The notes below the pieces were generated by a model. It saw only the letters and a program-made list of their open reading frames with translations, did no database searches and was not told the origin of the DNA. A stretch of 64,000 nt of DNA from IMG/VR virus record IMGVR_UViG_3300033183_000299, positions 119,931-183,930 of that record. The stretch is one strand, 5' to 3'. A program made the translations under genes and the position numbers. This stretch comes from a virus. Position 1 is the stretch's first letter; the number at the start of each line of letters is the position of its first letter. Shown here in pieces: positions 25,812 to 36,297 of this stretch.

Positions 25812-28800
25812 AATAGCTGAACTCCTCCAGTTAAGTCCGCAGCGTCTGAATTATCAAAAGATTGAATATAAGGAAATAGTGAATCATAATCCGGATTTGA
25901 GAAGTATCCTAGTGAGTCAAAGTATCTTATAGTTCTTCTGTTAGCTCTACGCTTTATTCTTTTTTGGCGACCACTGCTTAAGTCCTTAAGTTTTTTCCCA
26001 TTAGGCAACTGATCTTGCACCCTATTTCTCCAATAATCTCTTGCTCTCTTTCTAACCTCTTCTTCACTGTCTGGTTCATTTATTTGAGCCGCGATTGTTG
26101 AGGCCATACCTAGACCAGAGGGGGCATTAGTTGATTGATTTAAGGTTAAGGTTGGTTCATCAATATCTTGTCCTGCGAATACGGAGGTAGACACCTCTAT
26201 TCCTTCTCGGACATTTCTTGTTGTGGTATCTTCCGGAACTTGAACCTCAGGGATCGGTTCGTCTTCAAGTCCACCAACAATATGCTCGATCTTATCTCTA
26301 TCTGCTGAGACCCCAGCCCAAGATGGGAGATTGTCCGTGTAGTTATTAATAGCATCGTCATCAAAATTACCCATCTCAACCTCGGCATCAATCTTTACAA
26401 GTTCAACGAGTGAAAAGAAGTCGTAGGGCCAGTTATATTGAATAGCGCTAGTCTCTCCAAATTCGTCTTTGGTGACGTTTGAACTTGCTACCGCGGTATT
26501 GACCTCGGGGTTTCTTAAAACGGTCTTCTTGAAGTAATTAGAGGCCGCTCTTTGCTTAACCTTGAATACCATCCACTTCAATTTTTCAGGCATATCAATT
26601 CTTTGATTTCCTTCCTCTCCGCCTTGACCAAGAAGTTCTTTCTGAAGAAGAGGGTGAGTAATCGCAACTTCTGAGACTTCCATTTCTGTTCCGATGTCCG
26701 GTGGTAAGTTTTGCCAAATGTCCGAAAGGTCTTGTTGACTCAACGTGTGCGAGAACTCGAAAACATACATCGCAACTCTTTTAGCATTTTCAAAATTCAA
26801 GAAGTCAAATGATGGAGGGAAAATAAATTTGCTCATTTTATCCATTTGAAGCAAAACTGAGCGTCCAATCTGCGATTGTGCTGGTCCTGTTACTAGAGCT
26901 TCGCGATCTCCGTCTTTATAAGATTGTAGTTGAGCATCGGTGAGTGGAAGCCTAAAGAACTTCTGTCTTCCTTCGGTCTCAATGAATGGAACCGCGACAA
27001 CTGCTTCTGATATTATTTTGCTTTCAGCAATTCTCCCAATCTTTGTTGGTGCACCATTAAAGCCCAATACTTCAGATAGATCTTCCAACTCAACTGTTTC
27101 ACCTCTTGCTTGAGTCCAATAGTTTCTTTCGATTGGTCCAACTTCCAAGAATACTCCTTCGTTTTCTTCAGGAATTCTTCCGTGTTGATGCCACATTCCT
27201 CGAGGAACAGATCCGGATCCATAAGCAGGAAGAGTTAGGTGATCGCTTCCCGAGACATGCGAGAAGTTCAACATTGGAGTTTCAAATTTTGTTTGAATAA
27301 TCCAACGATTATCTTCATCAAGTCCGCTGTCAACAACGAGACGTTGGTCTTGAGATCTTCGAATTGCATCTTTTGCTCGGCCGATTCCTTTAATGTTTAA
27401 AGAAGCAGATAGTTGAACGGCATTTTTATTGATACGATCTTCAAATAAAGACTGAGCACCCGGAGCCAATACAGCATCTGATATCGTGTAATCAATGGAG
27501 CCACTTTGAACTCTATAGAAGGAACTATCGAATCTCGTATAATTATATATAGCAGATTCTTGAATCTCCTCGATAGTCATTTTGTTTGAAGATGCAGTTA
27601 AAATAATGTCGCACCAAGCCTCACCATGGTAATAGGGCGGCGTGAATGGAAAATTAAACCCATTATTTGAATCCTTATAGATCCATGCCGATGTTGAATC
27701 TGCCCCTGTTGTCTCATGCTCTAGATCAAACGAGAAAACTGTTGATGAGATTCCTTCTTGATTTATATCCCCCCAACCTTGAACTCCTATGGTTGGCGGT
27801 CCAAATGCTGACGGTCTAGAGTACATCGTAAAGCTTTCTCTATTGTCTCCAACATCTTGTGGCGGATAATAGGGCAAACTACTCGACCCAGAATGATAAA
27901 CAGAGCCTCTGGTTTCTCGCATGCTTCTTTTCATTTTAATTCGCATACCGTATATGCTACCAGATTTTAAAGTTATGTCCGCTTGTCTTTTTGATGTTAC
28001 AGATGTAAATTCTCCATTCGGCAAGAAGAACTCCGGTACTTCTGCTAAAAAGTTATTAGTCATTAAGCCATAAAGTTCGTCTCCGTTACCATCCCAGTTT
28101 GCAGAAGCACTTAGATTCCCGCTTGGGTGAGGCTCGTTTGATGTTAAGTTGTATCCAGCCAAATATCTATGAGGCTCAACTAATGATTCAAATGGGATTC
28201 GTTTATCAAAATAATTATTATAAATAAAATATTGCCCGCCATCGCCAAGTGGTTGAGAATCCAAAATAGAAGTTATAATCGGATAATCAACGGCAACTCC
28301 GGATTTAATTGTGTTAAATAGAACCCCCGGAGCAAACAAAGGGGACATCACCGTTTGTCTTCCGTAGTTGAAGTTGTTTAATTCAACATTGTTTCCGTCA
28401 TAAAGCTTAATATTATCTTTAAACGAATCGTAAAATCTTTTAGCTAGATCAACCGTTCTTTGTGCCGGATAGAATCCTTCGTAAGGCAAGAACTTCTTAA
28501 CAGCTTTGCATCGAAGAGACAAAACCTTTCCATTTGTAAAATCCTTGTGGTCTTCATCTAAAACCTCGAAACTTTTCATGAAATCAGAGTTTGAGTAGAT
28601 GGTATAAAAGTTTTCTTTTGAAGAGTTTTCGGAACCAAAAATTCCACCGGTTACCTCGAACATATCTAACTCAATTCCGCCATCCGTTCTTTTGTAATCT
28701 TCGAGCTGCTCGCTCATTCTGAATTCAGGAACAATAGCATAGTTTTTGCCATGTTTTTTCGCCTCTTCGATGTAATGCTCGTATGTATCATAGAATGGAG

Positions 28801-30052
28801 TTTTCGGAGCATGAACATAATTTCCGCTTTCATCTTTTGCATAGCGATTTGCTCCGGCTTCCCAAAGAGCCCCTCCTTGAAATAGTGACTCGGTGCTTGA
28901 TGTTCCATAGATCTCCATTCCAAATGGATTGGAAACAGAGGTGGAACTTGAAAGAGAAATCCTTCTAGAGTAAAGCGGCCCAGGAGACATAGACCATTCC
29001 ATTTGAGCCCTATTGCTGATGGATGTGCCGGCATTCTCCATCCTGTCGGAAAATTGACTCGTTGTTTGCATTAATGCGCCTTCTCCGTATCTTAAAATAT
29101 TTGACGAACTAAAGAGTGGAACAGATTCATTAGGGTGATACCATTTAACACTAACTGCTTCGGCAGTATTAGATGTATCAGCATAGTATGCTCTTGTTAA
29201 GAAATTCTGATGTTCATCAAGAGGCCAGCTACTTTGAGAAAGAAGGTCAAACTCTTCATTGGTGTTATCGTATGGACTGAATCCAAATGAACTTGTCGCT
29301 AAAAGCTTTGTTCTGTCCTCTCGATTATGCCTAAAGAATGATTCAAATTGTGGACGACCTCTTGTTTCTCCCCTGAATTGATTTGATGGGATTGGAAAAA
29401 CTGTTTCTCTGTATTGCAAGAATTCCCAATAAGTTAAAGGCGAGTCTTGTTTATTCAAGCCGTTCTCAAGATACATTGATGAAATCGCACCATATTCTGT
29501 TTCGTCATCATCAATTCTGAATTGCAATAGTTTGTTGACTTCTTCGTTTGCGAATCCAAGAAGTTGGTTTCCATAAGAAGATATGATTGAAAACTTTTGA
29601 GGTTCGGGTGCTAAGTTACCGTCCTCGTCTTTAAAGTGCCTCCCAACATTCCAAACTAAAGGATAAGTCTTTTGAGTGATGGCAGGCTCTTTATAGCTGT
29701 AAATGGAAGAATATCTGCTTCTGACTCTCAATTCTCCATTCTGTCCGAGATTTAAGATTGGGCCCGGCTGAGTCACGAATGTAAGCGTGCTGTTTTTGTT
29801 GTGATATCTCGTAAGAGGATTTTCCGACACTCGGAGTTGCTTCCATGATGAATATCCATAAGGTCCATTAGAATGAGTGTTTAAAGCGGCCAAAAACTCT
29901 CTAGCCACAAGAGGTCTAAAATTCGGGTCGGTGTTGGCGCTAGGTAATAGCGCTATCTCTCTGTTTTCTCCATAGGTTATAGTACTGCTTGTTAAGTCTA
30001 AAGAGCTTGAAACAATTGTGTTTAAGCCTACTGAGTCTACAAAAATTGACAT
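25808..30052 (-). CDS. Very large putative virion/baseplate protein
   Basis: 1414 aa ORF in the structural module. Confidence 0.6.
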   Translation of the reverse strand: MSIFVDSVGLNTIVSSSLDLTSSTITYGENREIALLPSANTDPNFRPLVAREFLAALNTHSNGPYGYSSWKQLRVSENPLTRYHNKNSTLTFVTQPGPILNLGQNGELRVRSRYSSIYSYKEPAITQKTYPLVWNVGRHFKDEDGNLAPEPQKFSIISSYGNQLLGFANEEVNKLLQFRIDDDETEYGAISSMYLENGLNKQDSPLTYWEFLQYRETVFPIPSNQFRGETRGRPQFESFFRHNREDRTKLLATSSFGFSPYDNTNEEFDLLSQSSWPLDEHQNFLTRAYYADTSNTAEAVSVKWYHPNESVPLFSSSNILRYGEGALMQTTSQFSDRMENAGTSISNRAQMEWSMSPGPLYSRRISLSSSTSVSNPFGMEIYGTSSTESLFQGGALWEAGANRYAKDESGNYVHAPKTPFYDTYEHYIEEAKKHGKNYAIVPEFRMSEQLEDYKRTDGGIELDMFEVTGGIFGSENSSKENFYTIYSNSDFMKSFEVLDEDHKDFTNGKVLSLRCKAVKKFLPYEGFYPAQRTVDLAKRFYDSFKDNIKLYDGNNVELNNFNYGRQTVMSPLFAPGVLFNTIKSGVAVDYPIITSILDSQPLGDGGQYFIYNNYFDKRIPFESLVEPHRYLAGYNLTSNEPHPSGNLSASANWDGNGDELYGLMTNNFLAEVPEFFLPNGEFTSVTSKRQADITLKSGSIYGMRIKMKRSMRETRGSVYHSGSSSLPYYPPQDVGDNRESFTMYSRPSAFGPPTIGVQGWGDINQEGISSTVFSFDLEHETTGADSTSAWIYKDSNNGFNFPFTPPYYHGEAWCDIILTASSNKMTIEEIQESAIYNYTRFDSSFYRVQSGSIDYTISDAVLAPGAQSLFEDRINKNAVQLSASLNIKGIGRAKDAIRRSQDQRLVVDSGLDEDNRWIIQTKFETPMLNFSHVSGSDHLTLPAYGSGSVPRGMWHQHGRIPEENEGVFLEVGPIERNYWTQARGETVELEDLSEVLGFNGAPTKIGRIAESKIISEAVVAVPFIETEGRQKFFRLPLTDAQLQSYKDGDREALVTGPAQSQIGRSVLLQMDKMSKFIFPPSFDFLNFENAKRVAMYVFEFSHTLSQQDLSDIWQNLPPDIGTEMEVSEVAITHPLLQKELLGQGGEEGNQRIDMPEKLKWMVFKVKQRAASNYFKKTVLRNPEVNTAVASSNVTKDEFGETSAIQYNWPYDFFSLVELVKIDAEVEMGNFDDDAINNYTDNLPSWAGVSADRDKIEHIVGGLEDEPIPEVQVPEDTTTRNVREGIEVSTSVFAGQDIDEPTLTLNQSTNAPSGLGMASTIAAQINEPDSEEEVRKRARDYWRNRVQDQLPNGKKLKDLSSGRQKRIKRRANRRTIRYFDSLGYFSNPDYDSLFPYIQSFDNSDAADLTGGVQLL

Positions 30053-30066
30053 TAAGAACCTCTATA

Positions 30067-33000
30067 TTACGGTGGTGGGACATAGACGTCCGCTGTTATA
30101 CTTGATGCGCTTGGAAAGACAATTGCATCAACAAATCCAACCGAAGAAGATACGATCCCATCTCTTGGGGCATACCCAAGAATGTTTTGCTCTGGAGCGT
30201 CCGAACCTGATATTGCAGAGTTGATCCATGAGTATTGCAATTCACTTCTTGGGATTGTGGTATTGATAAATGCATTGTCATAAGCACTACCAGTAATTAG
30301 TTCTATTCCTGATAATCCTACATCAGGTGAGCCGTTCCATTCCATTCTATGACTTGTATTGCGATGTTGCTTGTTAAAGGAGCCGCTTGATGGATAATTA
30401 TTTGAAGTGATCTCGCCATAATCAGAGTCGATTCCAAACTTGCCCATATGAAGGCCTCTAAGGGTCTTTAAACCCCTTCTAAGTCCAAGGTGGTCTTCTA
30501 CCCTTATTGTTCCTTCTTCGCCGCTTCCAGACCCCAATACGGAGCTGTTACGCCACGGCAAAGCATTGTGAACAGAGTATGTTTGAGAATATGCGTCAAG
30601 ATAGCTTGTTGTTTGAACCTCAATACCGCCGGGTGCCGAGAACCTTGTGTTGATATTTCTTTGAGAAACATATTGTGAGCTGGTCGATGGTGTCTCGATG
30701 ACATTATTTAAATCGGGATTTAATATTATTGGATCTTTCTTTCGAGTCTCAGTATCTGTACCGGCAGAGAAAACTAGGGAGGATTTAGCACTTAGGTGAT
30801 TAGAGGCTGAACCGTACTCTGAGTTAAATTGTAAACCATCTGGAGTGACGTTATCTCCAATAGAAAATCCAGTTTTATCATTCCCCAACTTCCAATAATC
30901 GATTAAGCTCGTTGTATAGCCAGGAGCATTGTCAAACGCGACGCCACCATTATATAATATTCCTACTTGTGATGAATTTAAGGCGACTGACCATATACCA
31001 AAGTTCATCAAAGACCCTTGCAGTTCATATGCGTTGCTATTTTGTTTACTATCGAACAAATACAGTTCTGCGAGAGTAGAAACAGAAGTTCCGCTAGCTG
31101 TCCCTGCTGCATATGACATGAGGCTACCACTGCCCCCATTGATATGGATTTTAGGCTGCTTCGTGAAATCTATCGGCCATATAATTGTAAAGTTAGTCCA
31201 GGTGTTCACGTAATCAGATAAAGTTAAAATATAACTCCAATACTTAATAGCACTTCCGGAACCTGCTTGAAAATATATATCTCCTCCGGTGAAATATATT
31301 TTATATGTGGTATTGTTACTGGAATCTACTGAGTCGAGTACGTATCTCGTAGTAGTAGAATCATTGTCTAAGTTTACCCAGAAATTAAAGGATACCTCTC
31401 CTGTTGTATTATATCCGGAAGCAGAAGAATCACTAGCATACATGTATGCCTCAGATGATTCAGTGGCTCTAAGTGCAAGAGATTGAATTTCGCTTTCTGA
31501 GGAATCAAATTGTCTATTATTGTTAAATTGTCCAAAAACATTTCCAATATCTAGAGCAGCTCTACTAATCAAGGTTTGATAATGTGTAGAGTCAGGTAAA
31601 GCATCGGCTACATACGGAGGTAGGATATCAATAGTTTCATCGCTATAGGCTTCAATTGCCCATGTTTTTTGATGCTCTGGGGCGACAGAAAATATCTCAA
31701 TCTCTGATTTGTAGTTCCCAACCTTCTGAGTGTCCGAGTCTGTCTTGATATTTTTTACATTGATAGGTCTTTTTGCATACTCTTCACGATACCTTGTTGC
31801 CTTTGCATAATAAGGATAGGGGTAGGGAGTACCATAATCGGCACCAACGAAACCAAAGGCTCCATCTTCATCATCAATTCTAGGGTGAGTTTTAAATAGG
31901 AGACCCCAACCTTCTGGTCTCAAGCCTCGATGGTCTAAGTTTCTTTCTACCGGTATTAGCGTCCTTGCTACACCACCAGAGAACCCAGAAGCTGTTATGA
32001 AGTTGTTAGAGTCTGTTATTATTGTGTTGTTATAGAAAGAACCTGATGAGCTCTGCGTAAGTTCAAGGATTGATTCGCTTTGCTTGTTAGCATAGACATC
32101 TAACTTATGATTAAGCAAATAAGATAACTCATCAATCGATGACCATTGATTATCAACAAAGTCAAAATATGGAGCATAGTAAGCCGTAATCCTTGTACCA
32201 TCAGCATCTCTAACTCTGACCCAAGAGCCCGTGCCTTCGTTGTACTTCTCTTCTAATACAGATACATCAAACTCCAAAAGCCCTGTAGGTAGCTGACTTA
32301 TTGCTTCTACATTTACTGTGAAGGATTTGCTTTCATCGAACTTATTGATGTCTACATGTCTATATTGTAGACCTCCGATATGAGCGTTAGTAAATGGACC
32401 TTGCATAGAGATGTCGTTTGTTAGGCCAACTGAATCATGGTGAAGGTTTGAGAAGATAACATCAGATTGAAACATCTCTTTGATCTTCTTGTTATATCCT
32501 GTATGTACAGTGCCGGACATTAAATTCATTGGGAGGACAAAGTTTGACTTTAGGTTCTCCGCATATTCACTTCCCATGAACTTTTGAACATTTGCGATTG
32601 CTTCAAACTTCTTCTTTCTTGGCGGATTGTCTTCATTTCTAGTTTCTGAGATGATTCCGACACCGTCTTCCAAGCCAACCGTGATGATGTTCATCGGCTC
32701 TCCAAACGGCTGATTTTCTGCACCTGCTGGTGAAACAGCTTCGTGGAATAAGTGGAGATTCTTGTTCCTGGAGAAGTTGACTCCTCCATGAATTGTTTGT
32801 TGCGTTTGCATACCCAATTCGTGAGTTTTGGAAAATCTTCTAACAGAGTAAGCGTCACTAATGTAGGTTGAACCACCGATATCAACTCTAGATAGTCCCG
32901 AAGACTGCAAAGAGTGATTGTTCCGGCTTTGTCTCAAGATTTCTCTCAAGCCATCCTTCTCCTTTCTTTCTCTTTGCCACAAAACATTGTTCTGTTCTTC

Positions 33001-36000
33001 CTCTGGATTTTCAGGTGCATGACCGTGCTTCCAGTCATATCTCATCTCCGAAATGCCCTTAATGGACCCCTCTGTTGATTCAAAGGTTGTTAAGATTGGT
33101 AGCTGGTGTACATATTTGCTTCTCTCGAGAACGTGAGATTCAACTATGTTATTGATTTTGCTTGAGAACCTAGCAGAAGCTGGTACTAATTGCTGCAAGG
33201 CTATCGAGATGGAATCATCAATCCATTTATAGAATGATGTAAACTTCTCAAGATCAGGTTCATTCTCGACATCATCAAAAAACCTATCTCTTAAAAAATC
33301 AGCCATATTGTATCTGTGGTGATACTTTTGGTTTGGTTGGCCGATTAGGTTATTCATATCCAAAGCTGTTGCGAACATGTTTAACATTTCATCCGATACA
33401 GCGCCCCACATTGATTTCTCAAAAGAGTAGAAGTTATCGGAAACATCGTCATCAACAAAAAATTGCTCAGTTTCTTCAGTCTTTATGATGGTTAAATCTG
33501 AGGACATCAAGTCATCAGGTCTTCTCTTTCTAGCCACGTGAAGAAAGTCTTTATCTAAGGCTTTGGAGTCGCTTGCATTAAATCCAATACCTTTAGCTTC
33601 ATTCGTCTGTCCTATTGTACTTGCTAAAGATCCGTAGGAAGTTGGAGCTACCGATCCAGACGATAAATCGGGAATAATCATTTCTCCAGAAGAATCAGAG
33701 CCAGTTAAGGAGCTAAATCCCCAGTGTAGGGCGAGCGTCTTTTCTCTTGGTATCTCGACTGGATATGTGTCCACTAGGTCGCTTTGGAATGGCTTATCGG
33801 CTCCAAATGTCTCAGGATCAAACGCATGCTGCTTAATGGCTTCATTTGATAAGTAACTGTGCCAATAGCGAATTGAGCCCAAGCGTACATCTGTGTTGTT
33901 GAGGATTGATCCTGAATAGTTTGTTCTTTCGGCACCACCGAAGAATATCTTGTCGGACCTAAAGTAATCTGATGTTATGGAGGTTGATGTAATGAATGAG
34001 TTTCTCTCGGTATTACCGTCAGCCTCTACTCCGTAAAATTCTAAAACATAGTCATCTGCGACATTTCCGGTAACATTAGCATACGGATAATTCGCATGTC
34101 TCATTCGAACTGCGAGGTTCCACTTATTATTATCGTATTGATAAGATATGTTTGATGAAGTGAGCTCGCCGAAGGCACCAGTCAACATAAACTTGATTGT
34201 TTGCGTATCTTCGGTTATGTTTCTTTCATAATCATCTTTGATGACTTGAATTTGCATACCAAAGTCAGTTGTCGGATAGTCAAAGGCAGAGCCTGTGGAG
34301 TGGAATCCTCCAACTGAAGATATTAGATAAGGGAACTCGAGATATCCAACATCTCCCCTTTTAGGTTTTCTTGGGAGAACCAATTCTGATTCGAAAGTAA
34401 ATGAGCCAAGATAGTCTTTGTCGCCTGGGATATAGTAATCTCCATTTGATGATGACTGGTAAATTGTAGCTCCAAAGTGACCTTCCCTATTGAAGTTCAA
34501 AAAATTCTTTTCCAAAGATTTGAATTCGTAATTGTCTCTCAAGACAAATGTAGAATCATCAGCATAAAGATTTAACTTTACAAGGTCTTGTCCGATACCA
34601 ACGGATCTGAAGAAGTTGCGGAACGACTTCTCAGTACCCTTTGACTTATATATTGTCTCAAGGTTGTTATAAATGTTATGGTAGATTGTATTGCGTACTT
34701 CGCTAACTTGTTTTTCATAAACTTCGTTGTCGTCTTTGGCTAGCAAGTTTTCGGTTATCGTAGCATCAACGAACAAATCAGGTATCACAAATCCTCGATC
34801 ATACAGGAGCTTCTTGGAGAATGGGAGCGCCTTTCTTGAGTCATCAATGTAGTGACTATCATGAATTTTATCAACAAAGTTGATCTGATGCCATAGTGTA
34901 TCAAAGTAAGATCCAAGAACTTGAGATAGGTACTTTAATTGCTGACCTTGTTGTTCGTCCTCTTCTTGCATCCAGCCTGGGAAGTAACTAATAAATTGAG
35001 ATGTGCTACTAAGGTCAGCCAAAGACCCAGTTTGCTTATATTCTGCTTTGGTGGAGATTACATCTGGGTGGGATGAATATATGATTGGATCTAAAAATTC
35101 TGGTTCTCCAAGTGCTTCCGTGATAGCAGAACCAGTGCTTCTAAAGGCCGTATTATAGCCTGTGACGCGTCCATTTGTTATGCGGCCGGAATAGTCCAAG
35201 ATGATTGAATCAAGAGCAGCATTCCCTGTTATACCCTCGTTAAACTTATAATATAGTCCGAGGTCAAGATTCGCGTCGTGCTTATTTGTACCTCCACCGA
35301 CTTGAGTAAACCAAGAGTTAAAAATTTGCTCCGGAGATCTTTCGGTCTTCCAAAAACGAAACTCATCTATGGAGCCTACAAATGGAAAATCGTGCTTAGA
35401 AGCGAAAAAGGACGGAGCCATTTGACCACCGATGGTTGCATTTAAACCAAATCCGTTATCAGAGATTTCTTCTACGTATTCTGGGATTTCTCTTTGCTCT
35501 ACCAATTGCGCGTTCTTATAGCATTTTAAGGTTGATCCATTTGCTTGAGAGCTTCTTATGCTTAAGGCATAGTGGTTCCAACCATCTCCAACGCTAGTTC
35601 CTACCGCTCCAGTAAACTCTATGTAGTCCCCTGTTGCACCTGCGAAATCCAATGATATTTCTTGAGCATCATTGAGGTATAAATAAATAATTCCGTAAGA
35701 CGCGGTTGGGATCACGTCTCTTTGTCTATTGCTGACTTCAAATAAGACCTCTTGCTCTGTTGCTGGTACAGGGTCATCCTTCTTCATCCAAAATTCAATA
35801 GTGAATCCTTCTTCTGAGTCAAAGCTGAAAGCAGACTCTCTTACATTCTCTTCATAAACCATCGAGTCATCAAAGGTTGAATCCAAAGGTTTTCCATCCA
35901 TCCCTAGCGAGGCTGTGTGTGGACCTCCGTCGATGTCTATAAATGTTGTTCCATCGAAATTTACATAGCCATTAGTTCGAGGGTATAAGTTATCGAATAC

Positions 36001-36297
36001 ATACTTGTCAAGATAAGAGGAGGAGTTTTCAAATTCTACTTTCTCAGCCAACGTACCATCGTATGGATACTCGTTGTGAATTCTCTCAAATGCCTTTTCG
36101 TAGTAAAGCTCGGCAGATCCAAACTTTGCAAAGTTCGCAGGATCAGAAAAATCAATGGGAGGTATAAATTGATCAAACTCTTTTCGTTTAGCCTCGACAA
36201 ACTCAGAAGACTCTACTGTCTCAACCAATTCATCTGATGTGACCGTCTTCTGTATTTTTGGTGTTCCAGGATTGTTAAATAAATCTTTGATGCTCAT
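30067..36297 (-). CDS. Baseplate wedge protein (gp7-like) with several LamG/concanavalin A-like domains
   Basis: FTIEFWMK...WNHYAL...FVGSIDEFRFW LamG pattern plus two similar blocks; IYKSKGTEKSFRNFF wedge motif; lies downstream of the gp6-like gene. Confidence 0.7.
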   Translation of the reverse strand: MSIKDLFNNPGTPKIQKTVTSDELVETVESSEFVEAKRKEFDQFIPPIDFSDPANFAKFGSAELYYEKAFERIHNEYPYDGTLAEKVEFENSSSYLDKYVFDNLYPRTNGYVNFDGTTFIDIDGGPHTASLGMDGKPLDSTFDDSMVYEENVRESAFSFDSEEGFTIEFWMKKDDPVPATEQEVLFEVSNRQRDVIPTASYGIIYLYLNDAQEISLDFAGATGDYIEFTGAVGTSVGDGWNHYALSIRSSQANGSTLKCYKNAQLVEQREIPEYVEEISDNGFGLNATIGGQMAPSFFASKHDFPFVGSIDEFRFWKTERSPEQIFNSWFTQVGGGTNKHDANLDLGLYYKFNEGITGNAALDSIILDYSGRITNGRVTGYNTAFRSTGSAITEALGEPEFLDPIIYSSHPDVISTKAEYKQTGSLADLSSTSQFISYFPGWMQEEDEQQGQQLKYLSQVLGSYFDTLWHQINFVDKIHDSHYIDDSRKALPFSKKLLYDRGFVIPDLFVDATITENLLAKDDNEVYEKQVSEVRNTIYHNIYNNLETIYKSKGTEKSFRNFFRSVGIGQDLVKLNLYADDSTFVLRDNYEFKSLEKNFLNFNREGHFGATIYQSSSNGDYYIPGDKDYLGSFTFESELVLPRKPKRGDVGYLEFPYLISSVGGFHSTGSAFDYPTTDFGMQIQVIKDDYERNITEDTQTIKFMLTGAFGELTSSNISYQYDNNKWNLAVRMRHANYPYANVTGNVADDYVLEFYGVEADGNTERNSFITSTSITSDYFRSDKIFFGGAERTNYSGSILNNTDVRLGSIRYWHSYLSNEAIKQHAFDPETFGADKPFQSDLVDTYPVEIPREKTLALHWGFSSLTGSDSSGEMIIPDLSSGSVAPTSYGSLASTIGQTNEAKGIGFNASDSKALDKDFLHVARKRRPDDLMSSDLTIIKTEETEQFFVDDDVSDNFYSFEKSMWGAVSDEMLNMFATALDMNNLIGQPNQKYHHRYNMADFLRDRFFDDVENEPDLEKFTSFYKWIDDSISIALQQLVPASARFSSKINNIVESHVLERSKYVHQLPILTTFESTEGSIKGISEMRYDWKHGHAPENPEEEQNNVLWQRERKEKDGLREILRQSRNNHSLQSSGLSRVDIGGSTYISDAYSVRRFSKTHELGMQTQQTIHGGVNFSRNKNLHLFHEAVSPAGAENQPFGEPMNIITVGLEDGVGIISETRNEDNPPRKKKFEAIANVQKFMGSEYAENLKSNFVLPMNLMSGTVHTGYNKKIKEMFQSDVIFSNLHHDSVGLTNDISMQGPFTNAHIGGLQYRHVDINKFDESKSFTVNVEAISQLPTGLLEFDVSVLEEKYNEGTGSWVRVRDADGTRITAYYAPYFDFVDNQWSSIDELSYLLNHKLDVYANKQSESILELTQSSSGSFYNNTIITDSNNFITASGFSGGVARTLIPVERNLDHRGLRPEGWGLLFKTHPRIDDEDGAFGFVGADYGTPYPYPYYAKATRYREEYAKRPINVKNIKTDSDTQKVGNYKSEIEIFSVAPEHQKTWAIEAYSDETIDILPPYVADALPDSTHYQTLISRAALDIGNVFGQFNNNRQFDSSESEIQSLALRATESSEAYMYASDSSASGYNTTGEVSFNFWVNLDNDSTTTRYVLDSVDSSNNTTYKIYFTGGDIYFQAGSGSAIKYWSYILTLSDYVNTWTNFTIIWPIDFTKQPKIHINGGSGSLMSYAAGTASGTSVSTLAELYLFDSKQNSNAYELQGSLMNFGIWSVALNSSQVGILYNGGVAFDNAPGYTTSLIDYWKLGNDKTGFSIGDNVTPDGLQFNSEYGSASNHLSAKSSLVFSAGTDTETRKKDPIILNPDLNNVIETPSTSSQYVSQRNINTRFSAPGGIEVQTTSYLDAYSQTYSVHNALPWRNSSVLGSGSGEEGTIRVEDHLGLRRGLKTLRGLHMGKFGIDSDYGEITSNNYPSSGSFNKQHRNTSHRMEWNGSPDVGLSGIELITGSAYDNAFINTTIPRSELQYSWINSAISGSDAPEQNILGYAPRDGIVSSSVGFVDAIVFPSASSITADVYVPPP